DNA of 64,000 nt from Calcarisporiella thermophila CBS 279.70. Its lineage: Eukaryota; Fungi; Calcarisporiellomycota. Shown here in pieces: positions 13,406 to 29,238 of the stretch. Location of the stretch: NCBI RefSeq assembly GCF_041956535.1, contig NW_027192210.1, forward strand, positions 504,021 to 568,020, written 5' to 3'. The notes beneath the pieces were generated by a model that was not told the origin of the DNA, did no database searches, and was given only the letters and a program-made list of their open reading frames with translations. How positions within the stretch are numbered: position 1 is the first letter of the stretch; every line of letters starts with the position of its first letter. Position numbers and translations under genes: made by a program.

Positions 13406-13573
13406 AGCCAACAAACGGTTTCCTATTGGCGCTGTCATCTTCATCCCACTTGTTTTCAATATAATAAAAGTGAAATACGCTCCAAATACGTGTGGAAAGA
13501 AATTCACTATTTATTTGCAGACACAAAAAAATCATTTTAAAAGGTTGGATGCAAAAATAAAAAGAATACACCA

Positions 13574-14359
13574 CTAAAACACAGTTCTTCGGTCCGTGAA
13601 GACTCGCACTATGCAGCCGTTGCCTGCGACCTCGGTGAGCTGCTCGTTGACAATTCATGTTAATTTTCATGTTAAAATTCATATGAACTCCCATCAGATA
13701 ATCATGAATTACCTTCTCATGCCATGTCAGCAAAAGGGCCGAGTTAAAATGTTCAGGTGCAGCCATCCCGGCGTACAAATATTTCATCAGCAAATCTTGC
13801 TGCTCTCTTGATAGTTGCTTTACCGCAGTGGAGGCATCAGCTGGGGGAAATTGTGAAAGGGTTTCATAAACAGTTTGAACAGCCCGGAGCTGATGAAACA
13901 GAAAAATATCAAAAAAGAAAGGGGAGAATGATAAGTCCAATTGCATATAAAAAATGCCGTGCAATATATAACATACCTTGATGGATTTGTCGCAAGGACC
14001 ATAGGGCGGATTTTGGAGTGCTTTTATCAAAGCGTCCGAATGATTACCCCTGAAAAGATAGCCCCATTAATAAAAATAAAGGGAGATTAGGGAGAAAATT
14101 AAAAAAAAGTAAGATTGAGCATTCTAACAAGTGTCGGATGTTTTATGGTTTTACTTTTCTTTCCATAAAAGAATTGAGAACAAGAGGATTTACTAACTAA
14201 CCTTGATAGCAAAGCCCTCACCTCTTGCTCGGTTGTCCTCACACTAGCATCAATCTCAGCAGGCGAGCGAGGCGTATCCCCAGTGGCAAAATAATAGAGA
14301 TCTTCTTCGTTGAGTCTATCCTCATCAAAAGCATCAATATCGATTTTTCGGTGTGCCAT
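13574..14359 (-). CDS. ARC15: Arp2/3 complex subunit 5 (p16-Arc); 4 exons
   Basis: HRKIDIDAFDED, ALQNPPYG, DLLMKYLYAGMA, LLLTWHEK, GCIVRVFTDRRTV. Confidence 0.95.
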
Positions 14360-14382
14360 GGTGGTTTATGATGAATTTTAAT

Positions 14383-14492
14383 CGCGTTCAATTCACAAAA
14401 CTTGGCCCCACAAGAGAGTTATTCGAAATGAGACTGCGCCACCATGGCTTCAGTCATTTACGCGAATAAAAAAAATTGGAAATCGCGTCGCG
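14383..14492. promoter_or_regulatory. Cluster of four CGCG (MCB/SCB/E2F-like) elements in the ARC15-SMC3 divergent promoter
   Basis: CGCG at 14383, 14461, 14484 and 14489 in otherwise AT-rich DNA. Confidence 0.5.
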
Positions 14493-14557
14493 TATTTTTT
14501 TCTTTGACTATGCCAGTTAAAAGATCGAATCTTGAATAGAATTCCTTTTATGAAGCA

Positions 14558-19765
<5,208 letters not shown>

Positions 19766-19919
19766 GAATGCTTGTATTTGTATTGTTTACTCTATGTTAT
19801 ACTTTATATATTCGTAGCACCCATGCTTTCAATGTAGCATTCTTTGTTTATTAAAGAGAGGGAATGAAAAAAATTGCCAGGGCTATATACATAAGTCGCA
19901 ATCATGTCGTTTTGCTGCT

Positions 19920-21699
19920 CTAGAGGGCTAAATCCCTTAGAAATTGGCGCATCTCCTGAAGTTCTTCAATTCCAGACTCATCAAGCACGTGTTGATATTT
20001 GGCGAGTGTCTCTTCAACTTCTGCTAGCGCTTCCGAGTGCTGTCCACTGAAAGGAATCAAGAGGGGGTCGTAAATAGATTGGATAATGAGCAGAAAAAGC
20101 AAAATAAAATCACCTATTAAAGAGCAACGAGCATAGCTTGATCTTTTCGTTCGCAAGCTCCACTCCTTCTCCATATACCCTCTGCACAATCTCTAAGGAT
20201 TTCCTGCATTTTTCCACTGCTTGGGTATATTGCCCCATATATGCTAGCACTTGTGCCATTCTGTCATAAGTCATACCGATTAGCCGGCACTGCGGGTGGT
20301 ATACACGCAATTGAACCTCAAGAAGTTTATTCAATTTTGACATGGCAGGATCAAAGGAAATATCCTGGATCAGTGATTGAATTTGGTGCATAAGAGCCTG
20401 TCTTTGAACAAGATTTACGGGCGTGGCACAACGGGAGCAGAGGGCATCCTGTTCTGACAGAAAATTGGAACATGCGGAATCGGAGCAACGGTATACGTAT
20501 TCTAATGGATTTTGCTCACTATTTGTCGTTAGGAGAGCTTAGTAAGATTCAGATAAGCACATGAAAAGTACCTGTTTTGGCAAGATTCGCACTCGCAATC
20601 GAAGAAATAGTTCTCTCTTAATATTCTTTTACGCTGTTCGGTGCGCTGTTTTCCTACTAGTGGCCCATAACTGATACACACCGGCTCACCCTCTTTAACT
20701 TCCCGTGCCACTATCACTTTCAACACGAGAGAGTTCTCCACATGCTCAAACTTGACTATGGAATTTGGACTACAATCATGGTTTATCCGACTCGCTACCA
20801 GATAAAGCCCCAGCCCGATCGAGGTAGAAGTGAATTCGACGGTGTTTCCTTCTCGAACCACGGTAGATTCAGATTTATCCCCTTGGATTTTGAAGGCATT
20901 GCATCTGACTTTGGCAAGCATGTGCATGAGCTCCAGAAGAGCCTCGTCGGGAAGTCCAAAGGTGATTGCGAGGATAGAAGCAGTTATTGCATATTGGGAA
21001 ACTAGGGCAGGAGGCTGCGCATCCAAGTGGTGGACAAGTGTGTTAAACCCGTATTTATCTGCAACAAAAATGTTAGCATAAGTTTGGTTACTTTCAAGAA
21101 AGGGCGACCAGCTGTTATATATTGGGTCATTTACCATTCAAATAATCAGGAGCACCATGCTTCTGCATAAAGTATGCCTTTACAGCCATTTCGGTAATCT
21201 CTCCAAATTTCGCTGATAAACCTTTAAGTCCGCATACAAATCTGTGTCCTCCACGGTCATTGTCGAAACACTCTTTTCCACAAAACCATACTTCATTGCA
21301 TTCTGCACATTTGATTCGTTTGACATCCTTATCGCCCAGCACAGCAAGACACGCTTCGCACCGCGCATTTTTCAATTCTAATTTTAACGCATGCGTAAAA
21401 GGTAATTCTTCGAGCACAACTGCACCAGCAGAAAGACTCCGGGTAGCAACAAGATAATTCCCTGCCTTTGAGGAAGACGTGAGAGTCATATCTCGGGGAG
21501 GTGTAAAGATGTCATTTGGTCGAGTTAGAGGTTGAGAGATACGACGACGCGCTGGAGCATTTGACCATTCAGAGAGAAAGGATCGCAATGAAGGAGATTT
21601 CTGTACATAGGCACGTACACGTGCTCGTTCCTGTGCAGATTCAGCGAAGTTTGGATTAATTCTGAGAGAGTCAAACCATTCTGTACGCAACAGAGACAT
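19920..21699 (-). CDS. SET and MYND domain (SMYD) lysine methyltransferase; multi-exon
   Basis: MYND CEAC...CAECNEVWFCGKEC...H...C; SET VRCNAF, GLYLVASRINHDCSPN, ISYG; post-SET YFFDCECESC; TPR-like C-terminus. Confidence 0.92.
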
Positions 21700-21838
21700 T
21701 TATTGTTATATTTTGTGGTCTTCCTTTGGACCTGAGTGTCCTGCCGTAATTATAAATGGTGGCGCAGCCAAAATATTAGCAGGTTCTAATTTAATGATAG
21801 ACTAGCATAGGCAGTTTCAATAGGCAGGACTAATCATC

Positions 21839-22971
21839 ATGGTGCTCTATTTCACAAGCAATGGTATGCATAGCGCTCTGAAATACTTTTATTCAGTTGA
21901 TTAATAGTAACTGTTGTTTCTTCTTTAGTTGTCGATCCTCCGGCAACGATCTATATGGGAAAAGACAAATATGAGAGTAAGTGGAAATTTCTAGACTATG
22001 ATTTTTTTTCATAAAAGTTAACTCATGTACATTAGATGAAGAATTGATTAAATATGGATTTGACGAAGACGTATGGTAAGACCAACTTTTTTGGCTTTTC
22101 CTTACATTAAGAAATTTAACCCAGACGCGTGCTTTTGCTTTGTTTTGTGCCTCTATGCATTTTAAATTGCAACTTAGGGTAAGTCAGAACCTTCCATTCT
22201 AACTGACTATTTTCGAATTTATAACTGTTCAAAATACGACTAGTTTCACGTAGACAAACTGTCGAGTGCACACGTATATCTTCGTCTTCGTGAGGGTGAA
22301 TCATGGGAGGATATTCCAAAAGCAGTACTCAATGATCTCGCACAGCTGGTGAAAGCCAACAGTATTGAGGGTGAGCTATTTCGCCCCCTTATTAGATTTT
22401 CCGTCAGAGTATTGATATATAATCGCAATGCTCAGGGAATAAAAAGAATAACATCACTGTGATATACACTCCTTGGAGCAATTTGAAGAAGACCGGAGAC
22501 ATGGATGTTGGCCAAGTGTCTTTCCATAACCCTAAGCTTGTGAGTACATATTCTTATTTCTTTGCTATTTTTCCCTCATGTAACCGAATCTGGCTTTTGA
22601 AAGGTGAAACGGGTATTTATCGAGAAGCGTGTCAACGAAATCGTGAACAGGCTCAATAAAACTAAACAGGAGAGATACCCTGACTTGTATGCAGAACGCC
22701 TGGAGCGAGATAAACTAAAGAGAAGAGACGCGCGGATTGCACTGAACAAGCAGGTGTGTAAACTTTGATAATTGGGTTCACACTTTCAAGGTCACCTTGC
22801 TCATGATTTATCACTTCAAAACAGCGCCAAGAAGAGCTTGCGGTCAAAAGAGAACGGGATGCAGCCAAGGCCAATTCACTTGAAAACCTGTTCGATATTA
22901 CCAATATGAAGACTAACCGGCGCGTAGACGATGATGACGGGGACGTCGTCGATGAAGATGACTTCATGTGA
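21839..22971 (+). CDS. CCDC25: CCDC25/Jlp2 (NFACT-R domain) protein; includes a 1-nt exon at 22178
   Basis: [81 protein letters not shown], acidic DEDDFM end. Confidence 0.95.
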
Positions 22972-23720
22972 TTCAAAAGCCATGCAGAGGAATTGGCAAT
23001 CTACATAAGCCGACAAGGCTTCATTTTTTGTGTATATTTGGGGATAATAGAATTGAGAGTTGAGAATTGGCGAGGATAAATAAGGATGCATCTTGGTTAC
23101 TATTTTGGCCCATTGTTCGAATCCGAGAGCTTTCTTTTTAGTGTATTCTAAACTGAGAATTTCACCTTCGCATCAGTATTTTTCTCGTGCTAACGCGAGG
23201 ATCCTTGATGCAGACTGCATTCCAGTGACCGCTGTCAAAAATTTAATTAGACGATGGAAAAATTCGCTCTCAGAGCGGGCATTTTTGGAAAAGATCCCCC
23301 AGAAATTGGTACTAGATTACGGAAAATTGAGACTAAGTCGCGCTGCTATGCGCACGGTTGTTGTCAAGTCCCATTATATAAGGTTTTGCCCGACTCTACG
23401 TTCCTGCAATAACGAAATCTCTTTTGAAAAGCTTCCCTCTCTTTATTGAGTGCCCCTTCTATAAAACCGATCTCTACATCCTTTTATCATCTCGAAGTCC
23501 TTTCTTCCTGGGAAGAGAAGAAGAATACCCCCATTATTCCTCCTTCATTACCTATCTCTACTGTAAGAACCACCCTCATTGCTCGTCTTTAAAGCTAAAT
23601 ATCTTCAGGAGCTGAGCTCTTGTCTTTATATTCTACAATACTATACAATTTCCTCTATATCCTTATACGTTCTTTTGCTATATTTCCTATCTTTACAAAA
23701 GTTTTTGTTTGATTGATATC

Positions 23721-24656
23721 ATGAAGACGCCAGTCCTCCTAACGCTCAGCCTGTTGGGTACGACGACGCTAGTTCTCGCTGCACCCAGCAAGCGTGGTCT
23801 CCTCGACAATACCCTCAACAACCCTCAGATCATTGATCACATCAGCGCGTTGAATTCGATGGTCAACTCCAATCCGCAGACGAGCGAGAATACAAATGCA
23901 AACACTAAGGCCTCCGGCCCGGGCGACAACTCGAATCTCCATAAACAGGGCCCGGAGGGCGCGTATATTAGTGGATATCACCACCATCATCACCACCACT
24001 ACGCAAAGAGAGAAGCCATTCCCGAAAACGACGCGAAAATTCAGAAAGATGCCAAGGTGAAAAGGGGAAATAATGCCAAAGCCAAAAAAACGGGCCGGCA
24101 CTCCAATAAGAAAAAGCACAAGGATGATGGCAATCGAGAGCTAATCGCGTCGCGCATGCGTATGGTGCACGAAATGATGAAGCAAGACGTGCACGAGCAC
24201 GGCTCGGCGACCATCGGAAAGCGTGGCGTTCTCGACAACACCCTAAATAACCTTAATGTGCTTGACCATATCTCTGCGCTTGACTCGACGGTCAATTCGA
24301 ACCCGCAAAACGGCGAGAACAGAAGTGCCAACACCAAGGCAAACGGTCCTGGCGACAATTCTGTCTTGTCGAAGCAAGGTGGCGAGGGTATCTATGGCTA
24401 TCACCGTCATCACCACCATCACCACCATTATCCGTACCATTCTCACAATTGGAAGCGAGCGACAGATGCGGACAAGCTCAAGTATGGAAATTTCTATGGT
24501 AAGGACTATGACACAGCAATGGCAGCCATTAAAGCACAGATGCGCAAATCAAAGGGGCCATACACGGAATTTGAAGACGAGCTAATGCGGCGCAATGAAA
24601 TCGATAGCCATGCTAACTATGAGGACACCCTCACCAACAATTCAGCAGCCCTTTAA
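23721..24656 (+). CDS. Secreted Kex2-processed repeat precursor with two Asn-rich repeats, each ending in a poly-His tail; intronless
   Basis: Signal peptide MKTPVLLTLSLLGTTTLVLA, multiple KR sites (one followed by EA-IP), repeats G(L/V)LDNTLNN...ANTKAxGPGDNS; TATA-like TATAAAA at 23460. Confidence 0.85.
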   Translation: MKTPVLLTLSLLGTTTLVLAAPSKRGLLDNTLNNPQIIDHISALNSMVNSNPQTSENTNANTKASGPGDNSNLHKQGPEGAYISGYHHHHHHHYAKREAIPENDAKIQKDAKVKRGNNAKAKKTGRHSNKKKHKDDGNRELIASRMRMVHEMMKQDVHEHGSATIGKRGVLDNTLNNLNVLDHISALDSTVNSNPQNGENRSANTKANGPGDNSVLSKQGGEGIYGYHRHHHHHHHYPYHSHNWKRATDADKLKYGNFYGKDYDTAMAAIKAQMRKSKGPYTEFEDELMRRNEIDSHANYEDTLTNNSAAL

Positions 24657-26217
24657 AAGAGCAGATATGCAGAGTCAAACGCCATATCGAAATGTCATAG
24701 CCTAATCTCAAAACTTGAAGAGCAGAGGCAGACGAAGTTTTAAACTCATTGTATTGCACTTATTTTATTATTTTGCCTTCTTGCTCTAATGTTTTTTTGT
24801 ATCCTCTACTCTCCTTTGCCTTCATTTACTATTACTATGTTAGTACTTTATTTATGAGTTGCGAGGGATAAAAATAAATATACTCTATTCATATTGAATA
24901 AATTCACCCGCACTGAGACCAGCATCCACTAGCTGCTTAGGGGTTAGGAACGCACTCAAGGACTTTCTTTCAGAGCATAATTCTACACTGGAATGTTTTG
25001 AGACGGCTCATCTTCGACCGATCCATTATCCATACAAAATCCTCAATATTTCTAAATACGTATTCTCTTGCACTGGCCCTACATTTCTCCGGTTTTCGCT
25101 TCCATGCATTTGGAAATATGGATTCGATCTTGAAAGGAATGACAAAACAAAGAAAGTGGCCAAACAAAGAGGCGATAATTAATTCCTCTTCGTATCCAGA
25201 GCGTAATGGAGTGAGTATTAGGTTCCTTCGGAGTACAAGACAAGCTTTTTTGCAGTCGTAATTATTTATATGTAAAAAAGGAATGTACAAGCTTCTAATA
25301 TAGCGGTAAGTTGATGATTCTAAAGGTAAAATAAATAACTAAACGTATTATAGGTCATTCAAACTTCGTGTACAAGGAAACTGTTTATTACGTCTGTGGC
25401 GATATTGGTGAATGAATATCCAAACTTACGTCTTTCTTTCTATTATCTCTACAACTTGTGGTATGCTGTTTATAGATTATTTATTATACGGAGTTGCCTC
25501 TGATTATTTTTGCTTTTTAACACTTATTCCTGTATTAATAGAGGAGCAAGTATGGAGCCGTTCGCCCAGCTGCTAAGATATCTCTATAACGTGGTTAACA
25601 GATTATAGCTTGTATGAAATATCTTCATCCTCTAATGTATATGTGAAAGAATCTGTTAGTCACCGCGATTTGGATTACATGAGCTAGTTGGATTTGTTCA
25701 TATCACTGTGCCTCAACTGGATCTTTGCTTGTTCGTTTCATATAACAATTTATCGCTCCTCGGAATGCAAATAAAGTATAGTGTCATACAAAACTTACCT
25801 CCATACCAATATGGCCTTCAAAAGATATCGTGGACAATATAAACTCTCCACTCTTATGGAACGCTATTAAACCAACCCCAAAAATCCAACCAAAGGGAAC
25901 TTTCAGATCACGGCCCTGGCACAAAAATATGAACACAAAAACTAGCTCTGCAATGACTCGGAGCTCTATATATCATTACACCCCAATTGTTTTAAACAAT
26001 GAAAATTTAATTCAATTCTATGAATATATTTCTATATATTATGCCCAATCTCCGGGAGTAAAGCAAACCACTGTGTCCTATTTTTATTTCATATTCAAGA
26101 TATCGCATTACCTCTCCATTTTCATTATATTCTTATCACTATAGCATTTTACGGCATCCGCACACAAGACAACCACAAACAGCAATCCATCGCAACTTTT
26201 TCATTTCTTTTTTGCAC

Positions 26218-27517
26218 ATGGCATCCAAACTATCCCAGTCAAGCAACCAAAATTCGTCTCAGGCGAAGCCCACGGCCGACGAGCAATATGGAACTCACAT
26301 TCGGCCCACCATGTCCACTCTTAGAAAATGGAGAAAGAAGACGCCAAGGCCAATAAAGTGCGTAGAGATTGTCTTTTTCATATTTTCATAGATGCAGAAA
26401 ATAACAGGGTATTGCTCTACCTATTATTCAACATAGCTGTTTTATGGCTTACCGCATGGACAAGCACCACGAAATTCTGGCCAAATATCCAGGGATGAAC
26501 AACAAAGAGATCAGCCGACTAGTTGGTGAAATGTGGCGCGTGGAACCCGAAGAAGTGAAGACGGAATACCGCAGGCGTGCAGAAGAGTCGAAAAGATTGC
26601 ACAAACTGAATTTTCCCGAGTATCAGTACCGACCAAAGAAGAAATCGGATGTTCAACGGACTGCACTGAATTCTCGAGAAATTTCGAACAGGACTTTGGA
26701 ACAACCGGAGTCTTACACCGAAAGCAAAAGGGTGCTTCATGGGGGAATAGGAAAGAGAAAAATAGAAAGAACTTTACTATGGAGGAAGACCCATGAACAG
26801 TGGGTATCAAAAAGAGTCACGGGTATTGAGGAGCCTGAGGTGGGCTTGAAACTGCCGATAGCGATGCGTATGAGAGGATCGAGCTCGGGAGCTGAATGGG
26901 GAAGATTGCACAATTCCACAGTCTCAACCACGAAAAGTGGCCTGTCTACAGGGGATGTTCAAACTGATATCTCTAACCTCTCACTCAGGCCTTCATATCA
27001 ACTCTGTGGTGGTGCAAACGGAATCACAAGCTGTGGCAGCGATTATATAGGCATGATACCGCTGCCAATTCAAATTACGCATTCGTTACCAGAGTTTTTC
27101 TATAGTTCGAATAGCTATAATGAAATGGAATCGAGGTTATCTCACATTGTCGACAAGCATAGAAATCTTCCCCACTGGCTGTCCGAGTTACAGAGAGGAG
27201 TATCGCATTCTGAACCACCGCCTACGCTACTAGATTTTGAGCATCAACCCACAGCCACGACTTGGACCCGAGCTAGTACAACCTTTAACACTGCACATGG
27301 GTTGTATAATTGGGATATATCCTTTCCACCTTTTAACGAAGAATTCCTGCTCGATTCGAGTCCAATGTGCCATCATTCTTACACCTCTTTTATAGAGAAC
27401 TTTTCTTCGGAATTATCTGGAGAGTATAAGGAGGCCCTTCTAGAGACTGAATTTTTCTCACCTGAAGAGTATCAACAAAAGCAATTCGAGTTGAGCTTTG
27501 AAGGAACACTGGGTTGA
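26218..27517 (+). CDS. MATA/Sex-type (SOX-TCF class) HMG-box transcription factor; 1 intron within the Asn codon of PRPIN
   Basis: Splicing AA|gtgcgt...catag|C gives KTPRPINCFMAYRMDKHHEILAKYPGMNNKEISRLVGEMWR...HKLNFPEYQYRPKKK; acidic C-terminal region. Confidence 0.92.
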
Positions 27518-27636
27518 TATACATTTTGGTTGCTTATTTAAACTTGAGGGATGAGAGCATTTAGAAACCCATATTTTTGCATTTTCTCTTTCAATTCTTC
27601 TATGCTTCACTTTCTGTGCATTATAATAATATTATA

Positions 27637-27659
27637 ATCCGGGTAATTATTACCCGGAT
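27637..27659. repeat. Perfect inverted repeat (11-bp arms, 1-nt spacer)
   Basis: ATCCGGGTAAT-T-ATTACCCGGAT. Confidence 0.85.
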
Positions 27660-28491
27660 CACTCCAACCTACTATCACGATACACTACATCGTTGAGAGG
27701 GATAGACGGATCATTTAGGGATCACAGAAACATCAAATCTATTTAAAAGAAGGAAATGCCGACTTGAAACTGTTCACTGTATGAAAATGAGAGCATTATT
27801 TTTCATTTTCAAATCCGTCATTTCTTTCTGTAGTATAGACTTTAACAACGCTACCTGAGACGGTGCTCAGAAAAGCCAGACAGATTAGAAAGCTATTCAT
27901 CTCAATATATCAACGAGAACAGTTGAAACAATAGAAGGTTAGATTAGAAAGAAGAAAAAAAGGGTAAATAAAAAGTTTTCTTTAAAACAAAAGTTATCTG
28001 ATCGAAAGCTACCTTGTTCTTATATAATTCAATGAACAATTTTTAATATTAGCTTGGTTACAAGAGTTTTTTGAAATTATTATATCTATATTTATATCAA
28101 TAATATAGAAGAAACTATGATAACACCATTATTCTTTTGTTTTTTTCTGTGAAATAAACATTACTACTTCATTGAGTAGAATAGAGGGAGCATAGAGCTA
28201 ACAGCAATTTTCACAAAGTACCAATTTACTTAGAGGAGAGAAAACCGAAGTTTTACTATATCCATATCAATGTTACAGAAGAATCTTCAAAAAAATCATT
28301 AGTTGTTTTGACATTTATAAACTTTATCTTGTGTATAAAAGATCAATGTAGTAAGCGCAAGCCAACACCATATAAAATATTTGTTATACGAAGAGCAGAT
28401 AGTGTATTTAGCTTGAGAGCAAGACAAATTAAATGCTATGGATAGCTTTTACTAAACTATAACAAGTCAGTGTTTTTTATATCCATTTTTC

Positions 28492-28849
28492 TTATTGTAC
28501 AACTACCGTTCCCGTCATAGAAGGATGTAATGCACAGTGGTATGTAAATTCTCCAGGAGTTGTAAGCACACGGGTAAATGACACTATGGTAAAATATTCT
28601 TAAGCCAAAGCCTCTCACGTCTAGCTTCTATCTAGATAACTTACTTCCAGGACTTAATACTCCAGAGTCCCATCCCGGCCCATCGCTAGTGGCGGTATGC
28701 TCAGCATCGTCATTATTCGCCCATCTTACCGTGTCACCACTGTTTATTGTCACATGTTGGGGTACAAATTGGTAACCGTCCATTACAACTATATGATTTG
28801 CGGCTAAAACAACGCTCAGCGAAGCTAGATAGATTGGTAGGATTTGCAT
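28492..28849 (-). CDS. Secreted type-1 (blue) copper protein, amicyanin/plastocyanin-like cupredoxin, 98 aa; 1 intron (28584-28644)
   Basis: Signal peptide; FVPQHVTINSGDTVRWANNDDAEHTATSD; spliced exon 2 gives PGEFTYHCALHPSMTGTVVVQ* with His/Cys/His/Met ligands. Confidence 0.9.
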
Positions 28850-29030
28850 CTCAATATATCAACAAGTGAAGTTGCGACTTAAGGAAGATTACAAAAGATG
28901 ATATTAAAAAAATAAGGTAAAAGAATAGAGAGTATATACAGTAAGGTATTATAAATTAAAAATGCTCCTTGTAGAAACACTTCTTGTTCATATATAATGC
29001 GGCGAAATAGATCTTACATTAACACATGTA

Positions 29031-29119
29031 TTTGGAAATAGTAATAGCCAGAATTTTTTGGCATTACTATTCCCAAAAATCAGAAAAGAATTAATTTAAT
29101 AGTAGATATTATCTACTAT
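29031..29119. repeat. Two adjacent inverted repeats in the cupredoxin/RPS25 divergent promoter
   Basis: TTTGGAAATAGTAATAGCCA...TGGCATTACTATTCCCAAA (29031-29077, imperfect) and ATAGTAGATA-T-TATCTACTAT (29099-29119, perfect). Confidence 0.75.
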
Positions 29120-29238
29120 ATCTAATAAACAGTCACTAATCCGATCTGAACTAATTCACTCATGTGGGGGAAATCGTGAAATCTTTAAGACCTAGGGAAA
29201 ATTTTTCTTTTTCTTCTTTCACGATAATTAAGGACAAA

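Noticed and set aside
24970-25960. Minus-strand ORF fragments and GTAAGT donors upstream of the HMG gene
   Set aside because: Could not assemble a coherent spliced ORF or recognise a domain; may be a lncRNA or relic but unsupported
26218-27517. Calling the HMG gene sexP or sexM outright
   Set aside because: Canonical flanking genes tptA/rnhA are not in the window and the HMG subfamily cannot be resolved by eye
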